Of a DNA stretch of 64,000 nucleotides, positions 11,492-25,257 are shown piece by piece. How positions within the stretch are numbered: position 1 is the stretch's first letter; each line of letters opens with the position of its first letter. A program made the translations under genes and the position numbers. The DNA lies in the NCBI GenBank assembly GCA_038087875.1, contig CM075987.1, positions 25,360,001 through 25,424,000 of the forward strand, read 5' to 3'. The notes under the pieces were generated by a model, which saw nothing but the letters and a program-made list of their open reading frames with translations, was not told where the DNA came from and did not search any database. Source of the stretch: Malacoraja senta (taxonomy: Eukaryota).

Positions 11492-11773
11492 GGGTGGCAC
11501 GGTGGCTTGTTGCTGCCTCACAACGCCAGAGACCGGGGTTCGATCCTGACTACGGATGCTGTCTGTACGGAGTTTTTACGTTCTCCCCATGACTGCGTGG
11601 GTTTTCTCCGGGTCCCCCAGTTTCCACCCGCATTCCAGAGACGTACAGTTTGTAGGTTAATTGGTTTTGGTAAAATTGTAAATGTGCCGGATGGTGCTAA
11701 TGTACGGGAATGGCTGGTCGGCACGGACTCGGTGGGACCGAATGGCACGTTTCTGTGCTGTATCTCTCAACTG
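11492..11773 (+). mobile_element. tRNA-derived V-SINE inserted in a Penelope-end fold-back
   Basis: B box GGTTCGATCC and central domain. Penelope-end sequence lies on both sides (11325-11490, 11780-11812). Confidence 0.8.
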
Positions 11774-11849
11774 AAGATTCTGCCTGACCCGCTGAATTAC
11801 TCCAGCACTTTGCCTCTAACACAAGTAATTCAGCTAGTGTTTGTTTTTC

Positions 11850-12390
11850 CGGTGTGCAGATTTGGGTCCCATATCTGAGGAAGGATGCGCTGGCTCTGGA
11901 GAGGGTCTGGAGGAGGCTCACAAGAATGTTTACAGGAATGAGTGAGTTAGCGTATGATGAGCGCTTGACAGCACCAGGCATCTACTCACTGGAGTTTAGA
12001 AGATTGAGGGGGGACCTCATTGAAACTTACAGAATAATGAAAGGCATTGACAGAGTGGATGTGGAAAGGATGTTTCCACTGGTGGGAGAGTCTAGGACCA
12101 GAGGTCATAGCCTAAAAATTAAAGGGCGGACTTTCAGAAAGGAGGAACTTCTTTAGTCAGAGGGTAGTTAATCTGTGGAACTCATTGCCACAGAGGGCTG
12201 TGGAGCCCAAGTCAGTGGATATTTTTAAGGTAGAGATTGACAAATTCTTGATTAAAATGGGTGTCAAGGGTAATGGAGAGAAGGCAGGAAAATGGGATTA
12301 GGAGGCAGAGATCGGCCATGATTGAATGGCGGAGTAGACACGACGGATCAAATGGCCTAATTCTACTCCTATAACTTGTGAACTTTTGAA
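11850..12390 (+). mobile_element. CR1-clade LINE 3' fragment
   Basis: PYLRKDALALERV..YSLEFRRLRGDLIETYRIMKG..SRTRGHSLKIKG plus 3' UTR. Confidence 0.92.
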
Positions 12391-13404
12391 CGTGAATTCA
12401 ATTAGTCATTAGAAAAAGCTTTAATCAGACATTGAATTTTGTTTTATGATTGATGGGAAGATGGAAAATCTATTCTACTTATTTGTTGTGCAGCTTTTAT
12501 TGATTGGAACATGACCAGCTTTACCGGCAGCTCCTATAGAGAAACCTTATGACCCCAATTGCATTTCTGAAGGTGACTGACTTACAATATTGAGCAGACA
12601 ATTAGAGGAATATATTCATCAGAAGAAGGAAAATCTATCTCCTCCAAATCATAATTAGCTTCATGGAATTCTTTGCCACAGAAGGCCAAGTCAGTGGATA
12701 TTTTTAAGGCAGAGATAGATAGATTCTTGATTAGTACAGGTGTCAGAGGTTATGGGAGAAGGCAGGAGAATGGGATTAGGAGGGAGAGATAGATCAGCCA
12801 TGATTGAATGGCAGAGTAGACTTGATGGGCCTAATTCTACACCTATCACTTGTGACCTTATGACCTTAAAGATGCCCATTGAGCAGTCTCTCTTGATTTT
12901 GTGTACATATTAATTTCTGACATTATTTTGTTTTCATCCGTGCCCACATTTGCATTAATAACATCAATGAAATTATTTGACAAATCAGCAGTTGAGTGAA
13001 GAAAGATGGAATAGTTTCATGGGAATTATTTAGGTGCCAATAACAAATTTGTTCATTTTTGACAAATCAGATATCCTAACATTAATCATTCATAGGGATG
13101 ATATGCCTTGGAGCTAGTGCTGATATTTAGTATCAATAAAAGTGTCTCCATTAATGGGTCATAGATCTACTGTCAGGTTTAGGCCTATGTGATGGTGCAT
13201 ACTTGGTTCATCCTTCTTATCCTTACAGTCTCTGTGATCCACCATGGACCCAATAAGTCATCGAGCCATAGAGTGTGGGACAGCCCCTTTGACCTACACA
13301 TGCCCACACTGACCAACCCTCCCCATCTACAATATCTACTCGTCCCACCTGCCTGCGTTTGGCCCATATCCCTCCAAACCTGTCCTATTCATGTGCCTGT
13401 CTAC

Positions 13405-13985
13405 TTAGAAACAGAGAAAATAGGTGCAGGAGTAGGCCATTCGGCCCTTCGAGCCAGCACTGCCATTCAATATGATCATGGCTGATAATCCAAAATCAGT
13501 ACCCCGTTCCTGCTTTCTCCCCATATCCCTTGATTCCATTAGCCCGAAGAGCTAAATCTAACTCTCTCTTGAATACATCCAGTGAATTGGCCTCCACAGC
13601 CTTTTGAGGTAGAGAATTCCACAGATTCACAACTCTGGGTGAAAAAGTGTTTCCTCATCTCAGTCCTAAAAGCCTACCCCTTATTTCTACCCCATATCTA
13701 CTTTTTAAACATTACGGTAGACCCAGTCTCAACTACCTCCTCTGGCAGCTCAATCCATACACCCAACCAGGAATCATAGTTTAAGAATAAGGGGCAGGCC
13801 ATTTAGGACTGAGAAGAGGATATTTTTTTTTCACCCAGAGAGTTGTGAATCTGTGGAATTCTCTGCCAAAGAAGGCCAATTCACTGGAAGAGAGAGTTAG
13901 ATTTAGCTCTTCGGGCTAACGAAATCAAGGGATGTGAGGAGAAAGCAGGAACGGGATACTGATTTTGGATGATCAGCCATGGTCA
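13405..13985. mobile_element. Cluster of CR1 3' fragments in both orientations
   Basis: 13405-13690 (-) and 13770-13985 (+) match the CR1 3' end. Confidence 0.8.
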
Positions 13986-15419
13986 CAATTGGATCTGTCC
14001 TACACAAGTGTCCTCCGACAAAATAACCCATTTGTGATCTGGTTTGTGGCTGATAATTTGCACAACGCAGGACCCTTGAGGAGGATAATCTGATTTTTTT
14101 TGTTCATTTCCCAGCTCCCTCACAGCATATTTATAACTTAATTTAAGCCACACTTTTCATCTTTGTTTCTTTTCATGTATCCAAGGGTTTCAGGAGCAGC
14201 ATACTAACTCCAAGTGATGAATATAATGAGAACAGTGGCAGAGTTTGTGGTGGAGCTGCAGATTCATAGCTCCTGCAATCTGGTTTCAATCCTGTCCTCC
14301 CTTGCACTGTGTGTGGTTTGCATGTCCTCCCGATGATTGCATGGGGTTTAACTTGGGTGCAGAAGGCCACCGAGTGCTGGAGTAACTCAGCGGGTCAGGC
14401 AGCATCTCTGGAGAACGTGGATAGGTGATGTTTCGAGTCATAAGCTCACAAGTCATAAATGATAGGAACAGAATTAGGCCGTTCGGCCCATCAAGTCTAC
14501 TCCGCCATTCAATCATGGCTGGTCTATCTCTCCCTCCTAACCCCATTCACCTCATAACCTATGACAATCAAGAATCTATCCATCTCTGCCTTAAATATAT
14601 CCACTGATGTGGCCTCCACACCCTTCTGTGGCAAAGAATTCCACACATTCACCACCCTCTGACTAAAGAAATTCCTCCTCATCTCCTTTCAAAAGGAACG
14701 TACTTTAATTCTGAGGCTATGACCACTCGTCCTGGACTCTCCCACTATGGGACTACTGGGTCCCACTAGAGTCGAGACCTGTCTCTGGTTTCCTCACTCA
14801 TCTCAAACAAGTGCAGATTGGTATATGAAATAACCGCAGCAAGTTAGCCCTAGTGTAGTCTGAAGAAGGGGTCCTGACCCGAAACATCGCCTCTCCACAT
14901 CCTCTAAAGATGCTGCCCGACCAGCTAAGTTACTCCAGCACTTTTTTTCTTTCTTGTAAACCAGCATCTGCAGTTCCTTGTGTCTCCTAATGTATTTGCA
15001 ATGGTTTGGTATTATCAGGTGTCGCAAGAAAAAATGAAATGTTTTGTTTGTCGAGCTGCGGAGTTGAATCATATTGTACACACGTGCAGTCAAGCATGTA
15101 CAGCAGGTTTACAGAATTATGCTTCGATAATTATGTTCGGAGTAATTAAACACAAACTTTGTGTAATGAGATAAGCTGAGTGAATAAGGAGAGCGAGAGA
15201 TAGAATAACAACAATATATATGATAATAGATAAGGAAAAAACAAATATTCACGCAGACTGGAAGCTATATAAATGTAGCAAAATGATGAAGATAGATTTT
15301 TCAGCGTAAGAGATTATATATGAAGAAAGGCAAAGAATTATGAAATGCTCCAAATAATGACAGATAAAGTATTAAAATTATCGACACGCTTGCTAAATTC
15401 AACAAAATAAACAGTTCAT

Positions 15420-15598
15420 TTGTTTATTTATTTGATTCACATGTTTAATCAATAATGTTTTATTATTAATGTTTAATGTTTTATGTGTCATTCCTAACTG
15501 TCACTGCATGTCATGTTGTCACTTGTGGGCGGAGCACCAAGGCAAATTCCTTGTATGTGAATACTTGGCCAATAAACTTATTCATTCATTCATTCATT
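15420..15598 (+). repeat. Short retroposon 3' end with (TTCA)n tail; second copy at 46960-47140
   Basis: Shared AATGTTTTATTATTAATGTTTAATG..GCGGAGCACCAAGGCAAATTCCTTGTATGTGAA..CCAATAAACTTATTCATT. Confidence 0.7.
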
Positions 15599-16318
15599 GT
15601 GGACATTGGACTTTGGTCTAAGGAAGTGAAACGCTATAATAATCTACAATGCCAAGGGCTACATTCTCTCTTTCCCCTTTGGTCTATCTATTGTAGTTGA
15701 GTTTGACGATTCTATCTATGTATGCATATCTGATCGGTTTGGATAGCGTACAGAACAAAGTTTTCCCTGGACCTTGGTTCAGGTGACAATGATAAACATT
15801 TACCTAAACATTTCCACTCTAAAATACTTTCGCAAAGCTTCCAGTAACTCTACATAAATTGGAAAATTTCCAATCCCATTCCACGCATAAAGCAGCTCAT
15901 AAATTATAAATCTGTTACTCAAATATCAGTTTTGTGACTTGCCAAGCCTGTAATTAGGGCATCGTGTGTCTATAAACTTACGATAAATATCAGATCAATA
16001 TGATCTAGCTGAGAGAACTAATATGGTTTTGTAATGTGGAAGTTATATCTTACATGCCCAATAACACGTTCCTGTAGGTATCAGGAGTGGCTGCAAATTA
16101 TTATTTTTGTGGAAATTATTTATGTAGACTTCCAAAAGAGGATAGTTAAGAAAAAATAAAGGCTTGTGGAACGGGTCAGAAGTTATCATTATATGTGGAG
16201 AATTGATTAAGAGATTAGAGATAGAGAGTGGTGATAAGATGGCCATAGTCCAATTGCAGAATGTGACAGATGGTGTCTCATAGGGGTCTGGTACGAGAAT
16301 ACAACATTTCATTATGTT

Positions 16319-16545
16319 TGTGTAGGAAGGAACTGCAGATGCTGGTTTAAACCGAAGATAGACACAAAAAGCTGGAGTAACTCTGCGGGTCAGACAGCAT
16401 CTCTGGAGAGAAGGATTAGGTGACGTTTCAGGTTAAGAAGCTTCTTCAGACTCTATCTTAAGTCGGAAAACGGTCTCGACCCAAAATGTCACCTATTCCT
16501 TTTCTCCAGAGATGCTGTCTGACCTGCTGAGCTACTTTTGTGTCT
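16319..16545. repeat. Penelope-end fold-back
   Basis: TGTGTAGGAAGGAACTGCAGATGC.. arm followed by its inverted partial copy. Confidence 0.78.
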
Positions 16546-16547
16546 AA

Positions 16548-16877
16548 TTGGCCTGTCCCACTTAGGTGATTATTTTAGGCAACTACAGGCGACTGGTTTG
16601 TCGCCACAGGTTTGCCGGTGGTCGCCGGGAGTAGTCTCCTCAGTCGCGCAAAAAGCCGTAGTGTCTTTCTGGTCGCCGTTAAATTTTCAACTTGTTGACA
16701 AATTTTCGGCGACAGTGGGCTTGACGCCAATGAGCGCAGCTTGACTTCTCTTGACATAGGTGCTGTCGTAGGTTGTCGCCAGGATGATGTGGGTCGTCAC
16801 CGGTTTTTCGGCGACCTGCTACGACTATGACAGTCGCCGGCAGTTGCCTAAAAAAATCGCCACGTGGGGCAGGCCCA
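16548..16877. mobile_element. PIF/Harbinger-type MITE, family A
   Basis: TTGGCCTGTCCCAC..GTGGGGCAGGCCCA, flanks TAA / TAT. Confidence 0.82.
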
Positions 16878-17485
16878 TATTTCATTATATTTATCAATTA
16901 ACTGGACTACTGTCTAAACTAAGTAGTGAAAGTGGGAGCTGAAGATTCCAAAGGGACATTGCTGGCATTAAATGAAGATATGAAACTGAGGAGTTAATTG
17001 TGGAAAAGTTGAATGATCAGTCATTTTTAGACCATAACGAGAAAAATCAGACTATGGTCCATGTACTGAGAAATGCAGCAGTCGAGAACATTTGGGGATT
17101 CAATTACTGGGATACAATCAGTCCAGAAGCCCAGAACTGATTGACCCATGTTTACACGATACATACAAGACAGAACAGCGTGGTAGTCTATCATTATATT
17201 GCATCCCAACGGTCATTATCATTTCTGCAGTACATTTACACACACCTTACATTTGAGGAACATAGATTTTTCGTTTCAAAAAGATTGATTTTCTGATCAT
17301 GCAACATAGAAGAGTAACAGTATCATATATATGGCTGAAAGGGATAATTTGCTGCTCAGTCTCAGAAAACATATAAAGATATCTTGTCAATGAATGCTTG
17401 CCTTTCATATGTTTATTGTGCAGTACATCTGAAAAGCAAAGATTGAAGTTCAGATCCTAATCAGCCCAGGACCAATTAGTTCTGG

Positions 17486-18222
17486 GGGCAGCACGGTGGC
17501 GCAGCGGGTAGAGTTGTTGCCTTGCAGCGCTTGCAACGCCGGAGACCCGGGTTCGATCCCGACTACGGGAGCTGTCCGTACGGAGTTTGTACCTTCTCCC
17601 CGAGACCGCGGTATCTTCGGTTTCCTCCCACACCCCAAAGACATAGATACATAGATACATAGAAAATAGGTGCAGGAGTAGGCCATTCGGCCCTTCGAGC
17701 CTGCACCGCCATTCAATATGATCATGGCTGATCATCCAACTCAGTATCCCGTACCTGCCTTCTCTCCATACCCCCTGATCCCTTTAGCCACAAGGGCCAC
17801 ATCTAACTCCCTCTTAAATATAGCCAATGAACTGGCCTCAACTACCCTCTGTGGCAGAGAGTTCCAGAGATTCACCACTCTCTGTGTGAAAAAGTTTTTC
17901 CTCATCTCGGTCTTAAAGGATTTCCCCCTTATCCTTAAGCTGTGACCCCTTGTCCTGGACTTCCCCAACATCGGGAACAATCTTCCTGCATCTAGCCTGT
18001 CCAACCCCATAAGAATTTTGTAAGTTTCTATAAGACCCCCTCTCAATCTCCTAAATTCTAGCGAGTACAAGCCGAGTATAAGACGCACAGGTTTGTAGGT
18101 TAATTGACTTGGTATCAATGTAAATTGCCCCTAGTGTGTGTGTGTGTGGGATAGCGTTAATATGCGGAGATCGCTGGTCGGTGGGCCGAAGGGCCTGTTT
18201 CCGCGCTGTACCTCTGAACTAA
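17486..18222 (+). mobile_element. tRNA-derived V-SINE split by a CR1 insertion
   Basis: A box TGGCGCAGCGG and B box GGTTCGATCC. The SINE resumes at ~18080 (AAGAC duplicated at the junctions). Confidence 0.88.
17643..18077 (-). mobile_element. CR1-clade LINE 3' fragment (young)
   Basis: LGLYSLEFRRLRGGLIETYKIL..GYGEKAGTGY, near-identical to 6930-7358. Confidence 0.95.
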
Positions 18223-18809
18223 TCAAGAAGGGTCTCGACCCAAATCGACACCCATTCCTTCTCTCCGGAGATGCTGCCTGTCCTGCTGTTACTCCAGCAT
18301 TTTGTGTCCACCTTAAACTAAACTAAACTCAGCATTGAAGATGTTCCAGTGCAGTTTCTGTGTTAAGCCTCCCATAGTTTGTCTAGATGGATGGATGCAC
18401 TGAATTTTACTGCATTTCTCGATGCACAAAAGAATTTCCATTAAAAAAAGTCAATTAATAAGATGAATGCAGCTTTTCTGTCGGACGAAGGGAAATAAAT
18501 AAAACAGAGTTCTCTAGAAATAATGCTTCTGGAGCTGTATTGATAATGGATGTGCCCTTAAAGGATGGCTTTACATTAATTATTGGAAAAAAAACATAGA
18601 TATGGGCATAGTTGTGCAGCAAAAGTGCACCTCAGATTGAAAATGAACTGATAAGTGGGTGGGTGAAGCAGTTGACTTCATCTTGAATACTGCGATGAAT
18701 TGCGATTTCAGAGATAACATTCAGATGGTAGAGACAATGCAGGCAAAAGCTGCGATCTAGGAATTTACATTGATCTTGGAACGAACGCTTCATACCATGG
18801 CGCATTTCA

Positions 18810-19483
18810 GAGTTTCGAGTTTCGAGGTACAGCGTGGAAACAGAGCCTTTGGCTCACCGAGTTCACGCTGACCATCGATCACCCTAGTTCCACGTTATCC
18901 CACTTTCTCATCCACTCCCTACACACTTGGAGCAATTTTACTGAGGGCCAATTGATCTACGAACCCGCACGTCTTTAGGATGAGGGAGGAAACAGGAGCG
19001 TCCCACGTGGTTGCGGGGAGAACGTGCAAACTCCACACAGTCAGCAACTGCGGTCAGGATCGGACCCTGGCAAGTGAGGCAGCAGCTCTACCAGTTGGTG
19101 GCCAACACATAAGGTAAACTCCGGTGGGGACTGATCAAAACAAAAAGATTCTCCCTTTATAGGTTGTTGCTGCTAGTTTGTAGGTGTTAGTTGCAGATAG
19201 AATGCATATTGACTACAACTCAAACACTCAGGAATGGAAGGAGTTTAATTTAACTTAGAGTTACAGCACGGAAACAGGCCCTTCGGCCCGCCGAGTCCAC
19301 GCTGACCAGCGATCCCCGCACACTAACACTATCCTACACCCACCAGGGACAATTTACACTTATACCAAGCCAAATAACCTACACACCTGTACGTCTTTGG
19401 AGAGCACCCGGAGAAAACCCACGCAGGTCACGGGGAGAACATACAAAGTCCGTACAAACAGCACCTGCAGTCAGGATCGAACC
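18810..19483 (-). mobile_element. Two diverged V-SINE copies (about 18810-19103 and 19245-19483)
   Basis: Reverse-complement SINE central domain and 3' ends. Confidence 0.75.
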
Positions 19484-19605
19484 CTTTGTTCATGACTCCA
19501 GAATCTGCAGTTTCTTGTAGCTTTAGTTTAGTTTAGAGATACAGCGCGGAAACGGATCCTTCGTCCCATCGAAATCCGCGCCGACCAGCGGTCCCCGCAC
19601 ACTAA

Positions 19606-19925
19606 AACCCCTGTCCCACGGTACGAGTTCATTCCAAGAGCTCTCCCAAGTTTGCCCTGATTCGAACTCGGAGATTTACGGTAATGGCCACTCGTCGGTA
19701 CTCAGGGCTCTCGTGGACATTTTTCAACATGTTGAAAAATCTTCACGAGTCTTCCCGTGCTTACCTGCCGTTAGCGAGTCTTCCCGGGTACCTGCCGTTA
19801 GCGCTAAGAGACGTCCCCGAGCTCCGACGTACCCGCTACGTTCATTCTCCGTGCTTGCCACGAGTTTGATTTTTTTAAAACTCGGGAGAGCTCTTGGAAT
19901 GAACTCGCACCGTGGGACAGGACTA
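19606..19925. mobile_element. PIF/Harbinger-type MITE, family B, inserted in a SINE 3' part (19522-19966)
   Basis: ~45-bp TIRs (..CTGTCCCACGGTACGAGTTCATTCCAAGAGCTCTCCC) and exact TAA TSD at 19603-19605 / 19926-19928. Removal restores the SINE CACTAACACTATCC. Confidence 0.93.
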
Positions 19926-20614
19926 TAACACTATCCTACACACACTCTGGACAATTTACAATTGTACCCTTACTAATCTATACTTATAGTCTAGACATAA
20001 TTCAAAATCTGAAAAAGTGTCTTTACCCGAAACATCACCTATCGATGATCTACAAGATGCTACCTGAATTCCTGTTACTTCAGCACTTTGTGTCCCAACT
20101 GTTATAATTCTAACTCTCTTCAGTCTTTCTCAGACACCACTTTTGAAATAATTTCTGCTTCATTTGCTGAGTGTGGAATTCTTGTTCACAGCAGCTTAAC
20201 TTTCGTGTCCTTGGTCTGTTTTACAAAGTGGATTACAGCAATATTACAGTGAGATAAATGGTGACATTTAATGCAGCTCGACAATGACTAGTAAAATTGC
20301 AAACAAAGACTTTTTAATGTGAATGTCTTGAACATTCCCACAGAAATATTGCAGAGTGTAATATTGTGGATGATAGCTTTATGAACGCTGGACTTGTAAA
20401 AGATGACTGAAGCAAAAGCCATTAAGTTGACTAAAGGTATCAGCCAAAAATAGGGAACAATTTGTTACAAAATAAAAAACTATTTGCACAATAGATTTCC
20501 TTGCAGTTTTACTGAAGATTTCAATTTAAAAGGAACAATTAAAAGACCATTTGCTGATGTATAATTTGACAGGTCAAAACGTTAAAAATCACTGGATATT
20601 TGAAAAGTTCATAC

Positions 20615-20872
20615 GCTCTAGGAGCAGGATTAGGCCATTCGGCCCATCAAGTCTGCTCCGCCATTCAATCCTGGCTGATCCATCTTTCCCTCACAACCCC
20701 ATTCTCCTGCCTTCTCCCCATAAACGCCTGACACCCGTACTAATCAAGAATCTGTCAACATCCGTTTAAAAAATATCCATTGACTTGGCCTCCACAGCCG
20801 TCTGTGGCAGTGAATTCCACAGATTCACCACCCTCTGACTAAAGAAATTCCTCCTCATCCCCTTCCTAAAAG
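20615..20872 (-). mobile_element. CR1-clade LINE 3' fragment
   Basis: Matches the reverse complement of 12140-12370. Confidence 0.85.
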
Positions 20873-21016
20873 TTCCTCTTCTCTCTAAGGCCTACTTGGT
20901 GTGAGTGACTTCACTATTTGTTTTGCAACCCTCAAGTGCACAACATGTGCCTGCTGTTGGATGCCACACGCAATGCCTTAAGGCTTACAATTGGCAAACC
21001 AGGAACAAGGGCACAA

Positions 21017-21230
21017 TGTGTAGGAAGGAACTACAGATGCTGGTTTAAACCGAAGATGGACACAAAATGCTGGAGTAACTCAGCGGGTCAGGCAGCATCT
21101 CTGGAGAGAAGGAATGGGTGACGTTTCGGGTCAACATCCTTCAGTCCCTGTCTCGACCTGAAACGTCACCCATTCCTTCTCTCCAGAGATGCTGCCTGTC
21201 CCGCTGAGTTACTCCAGCTTTTTGTGTCTA
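21017..21230. repeat. Penelope-end fold-back
   Basis: Two inverted arms of the GACACAAAA..GGGTGACGTTTC unit. Confidence 0.82.
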
Positions 21231-21677
21231 CAACGATGCCTTAAATGACGCCTTAAAAATATCCAGTTCTTGTCGAACACATTTGTTGCGCTGGTTATTT
21301 ACAAAAAAACATAAGAGATAAATCCTGATCTCCCGTTGGAAGACTGAGAAGGGATGAGTGAAATTCTGGCTGCATCTCGTTCATATCTTATGAACTTCAT
21401 GCCAGCGGTGAGTGACAGAAATGATGTTGATTTTGTGATGCATTCTTCAATGATGCTAAAATATCAACAATGTACGGAATCCGTTGGTTGGATCCAGCAA
21501 TCGGGATCTCCATTTCCTCACAGATCTCGCTGAATGAACTTCCACACTGTGGGATGTAAAGTCACGTTGCGGTTCATAATGTGATTTTTTTTTTTTTTTC
21601 CTGAGCTAATTAAGTCTTGTCGGAAGAAAACACTAAGTACTGTAGGAACTCAGCGGGTCATGCTTTTTGTAACACAC

Positions 21678-21948
21678 ACGGTGGTACCGTGGTAGAGTTG
21701 CTGCCTTGCAACACCGGGGACCCAGGTTCGATCTTGATTATACCGAGTTTGCACGTTCCTCCTGATGGATTTTCTCCAGGATTCCCGGTTTCCTCTCACA
21801 CTCCAAAGAAGCACACATTTGTAGGTTAATTGGCTGCGGAAAAATTGCAAATTGTCCGGAGCGTGTAGGATAGAGCTAGTGTTTGGGGATCGCTGGTCGA
21901 CGCAGAATAGGTGGGGTTTCCGCGCTGTATCTCTAAACTAAACTAACT
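21678..21948 (+). mobile_element. tRNA-derived V-SINE (diverged)
   Basis: B box GGTTCGATC, central domain and (CTAAA)n tail. Confidence 0.8.
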
Positions 21949-22588
21949 TACGCAAAGGGCAGTGGGTGTATGGAATGAGCTGCCGGGGGAGGTAGTTGTG
22001 ACTGGTACTATCACAACGTTTAAAAAACATTTGGACAGGTACATGGACAGGATATGGGGTCAAACACAGGCAGGTGGGGCCAGTGTAGATGGGGCATGTT
22101 TTTTTGGTGTGGAATTTCTATGGTATATCCAATGAGATAGTCATCGTGTGATACCAGCTTAGATCCAGGCCAGCATGCACATGTTGGGCTGAAGGGCCTC
22201 TTTCCATGCTCTATTACTCCATCACTCTATTGCCTTCCATTCCATAATCAATACAAAGGACAAAGGCAAGTAGCTTGGAATGAGTTGTGAAGAATCTTTT
22301 TTCTTTGAGTAAGTTGGAAAATGCATAATTTTCAGCCCGCTAATAAAACAGTAGCTAATAAATGTCAAGAAATTGAGACGGTGCTTCTGTAAATAAATCA
22401 ATTATTCATTAAACATTCATAAAGGCACATTGCCATTTAAAATGTTGTTCCTTAGGATGGTTTAACTTTGCTTCATTTAACGAGCAGCTTCAATCAATCT
22501 GTACATATCCGATATTACTGATTCTCATTTCACTGCTGTAGAAATACAAGTTCCCAGTCTTTTACATTGGTAGTTTATGCATTGTTTG

Positions 22589-22822
22589 GGCAGCACGGTG
22601 GCGCAGCGATAGAGTTGCTGCCTTACAGCGCCGGAGACCCCGGTTCGATCCCGACTACGGGTGCTAGTCTGTACGGAGTTTGTACATTCTCCCCGTGACC
22701 TGCGTGGGTTTTCGCTGAGGTCTTCGGGTTTCCTCCCACACTCCAAAGACGTGCATGTTTGTAGGTTAATTGGCTTGGTGTAAATGTAAAAAATTGTCCC
22801 GAGTGTGTGTAGGGTAGAGTTA
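22589..22822 (+). mobile_element. tRNA-derived V-SINE, truncated at a MITE insertion
   Basis: A box TGGCGCAG, B box GGTTCGATCC and central domain. Confidence 0.88.
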
Positions 22823-23430
22823 AGGGCCTGTCCCACGTTGCGATTTTTTTCGGTGACTGCCGGCATCATTGACTGACGCATCAGGTCACCGAAAAATTTG
22901 CGGCGTGATGACATATTGACGCGCGGTGTTTTTTCAAGTGTCGCAATATTTTTTTTGTCGCCGCTGGATTTTGGAATGTTCGAAATCTTTTGGCGACCCT
23001 GATATGACGCCGGCAGTGGCCGAAAAAAAATCGCCCACAATTGAAACAGAAGATTGTTAAGGGTTTGGACACGCTAGATGCAGGAAACATGTTCCCAATG
23101 TTGGGGGAGTCCAGAACCAGGGGCCACAGTTTAAGAATAAGGAGTAAGCCATTTAGAACGGAGACGAGGAAACACTTTTTCTCACAGAGAGTGGTGAGTC
23201 TGTGGAATTCTCTGCCTCAGAGGGCGGTGGAGGCCGGTTCTCTGGATACTTTCAAGAGAGAGCTAGATAGGGCTCTTAAAAATAGCGGAGTCAGGGGATA
23301 TGGGGAGAAGGCAGGAACGGGGTACTGATTGGCGATGATCAGCCATGATCACATTGAATGGCGGTGCTGGCTGGAAGGGCCTACTCCTGCCTCTATTGCC
23401 TATTGTTTATTGCCAAGTTGGACAGGCCCT
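22823..23430. mobile_element. PIF/Harbinger-type MITE (family A-related) with a CR1 inserted in its right TIR
   Basis: Left TIR AGGGCCTGTCCCAC after TTA. Right TIR split as AAAAAATCGCC [CR1] GCCAAGTTGGACAGGCCCT. Confidence 0.82.
23041..23411 (+). mobile_element. CR1-clade LINE 3' fragment
   Basis: KIVKGLDTLDAGNMFPMLGESRTRGHSLRI..GYGEKAGTGY and (CTATTG)-type tail. Confidence 0.93.
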
Positions 23431-25257
23431 ACTGTGCAGTGTCTTCCACCCAGAGGAGTGCAATCAATAACAAGAGAGGATGGGTTTAAGGTGAGAGGGG
23501 AAAGATTTAATATGAATCTGAGGGGCAACTGCACTGGCATTAGACAGGCTAGTTATCTCTTCTCTTCCCATGAACTTTAAAAACCTGTTTGTCCATCATT
23601 TAACTTTTCCAATAAAAGCTGAAGACTTCTGTAAGCACATATCAACACAAATAGTTGCTGCAACATCTCAAGGGAAAGTGGAAAACAAGTACTTTTATTT
23701 TCTTTGCTGACAGATGCGGGTATATGGAATGAGCTGTCGGAAGAGGTAGTTGAGGCAGATACGATAAAGACAGAATCATGGTGGAGTGGATGCGCATGTG
23801 AGAGAGAATGTTACTGAAAAAGAGGTGTAAAAACCAGATGGTTCTAGAAGCAAGCATGAACTGAATGGGCCTCCAACTGTTGTAAGAAAATATAAACATC
23901 AAGGATGTTTAGAAAAAACTTTGAAAAAAAATACCCTGCTCCTGAAATTTGGTCCCACTAAAACCAGTGGAATAATATTACTAATAAAATAACGAGGAGT
24001 AGAAATACACTATCAGTAGAAGGTGCATTTTGATCCACTGACAGGATTAATTTCCCATCCACAACAATTTAACAATTTTTGGTTGACTTGTTTTAGAAGA
24101 TCAAAGGAAAATAATTTGAAGGTACAGTACACAAAGAATTGTGGCAATGCTATCCAAAATAATAATGTTGCACAATTGGCAAAAGTAAAAATAAGAGACA
24201 GATGTTTTCAATGTTGATGATACTAAATAAGATCTTCAGGAGATGGATAATAGCCATAACATTTCCTTCCGAGCTCAATATAGTAATTTATTTAAATTTG
24301 CATAGTCATCGCAATTGATTCAATGTCCAACGGTCAATTTATCCATGAAACATCTTGAAATATTTCTCTGTTGAAAGATATTGAGTCAGATAAAATATTT
24401 TGGCATTGATCTCACATTTCATTAGAAATCTGGTGGCGCAGCGGTAGAGTTGCTGCCTTACAGCGCAAGAGACCCGGGTTCGAACCTGACTACGGGAGCT
24501 GTCTGTGTCGAGATTGCAAGATCTCATCGTGACTTCATGGGTTTCTTCCGGGTGTTCTGTTTTCCTGTCACGTTCCAAGAACTCGCAGGATTGCATGTTA
24601 ATTGGCCTCTGTAAATTGCCGCCAGTGTCTAAGAGACACTGCGCTTCATTTCATGTGCCCAATAACATTGACTTTGACTTTAAGAAGTGGTTGCAAAAGT
24701 GGGTTAACTCAGAAACAGTGTGAATGAGTGATTTTGCTGATGTGATAATAGTCACAGAGTCATACAGCATGGGAACAGGCCCTTCAGCCCAACTTACCCA
24801 CGCTGTCCAACATGCCCCATCTACTCTTGTCCCACCTGCCTTGAGTTTGGCCCATATCCTTCCAAATCTACCCTATCCATGTATTTGTCCAAATGTCTTT
24901 TAACCATTGTGATAGTACCTGCCCCAACAACCTCTTCTGGAAGCTCATTCCATATACCATTGTGTAAAAGGTTCCTGTTCAAGCTTCCCCCCCTCACCTT
25001 TAACCTATGTCCTCTGATTCTTGATTCGCTTACTCCGGGTCAAATACTTTGTGCATTCACACTGTCTATCCCTCTTCGAGAATCTGGATAGAAATTGAGC
25101 AGGACCCATGCTATCATAAGGAGAATACGCAAACTCCACAGACAGCAACAAAGGTCGGGATCAAACCTGGGTTGCTGAATCTGTGAGGCAAGCACCACCT
25201 AGTCTGAATAGTGCATGGGATCTGGGGGATAAATTGCTAGGTACTCATGATTCATGA

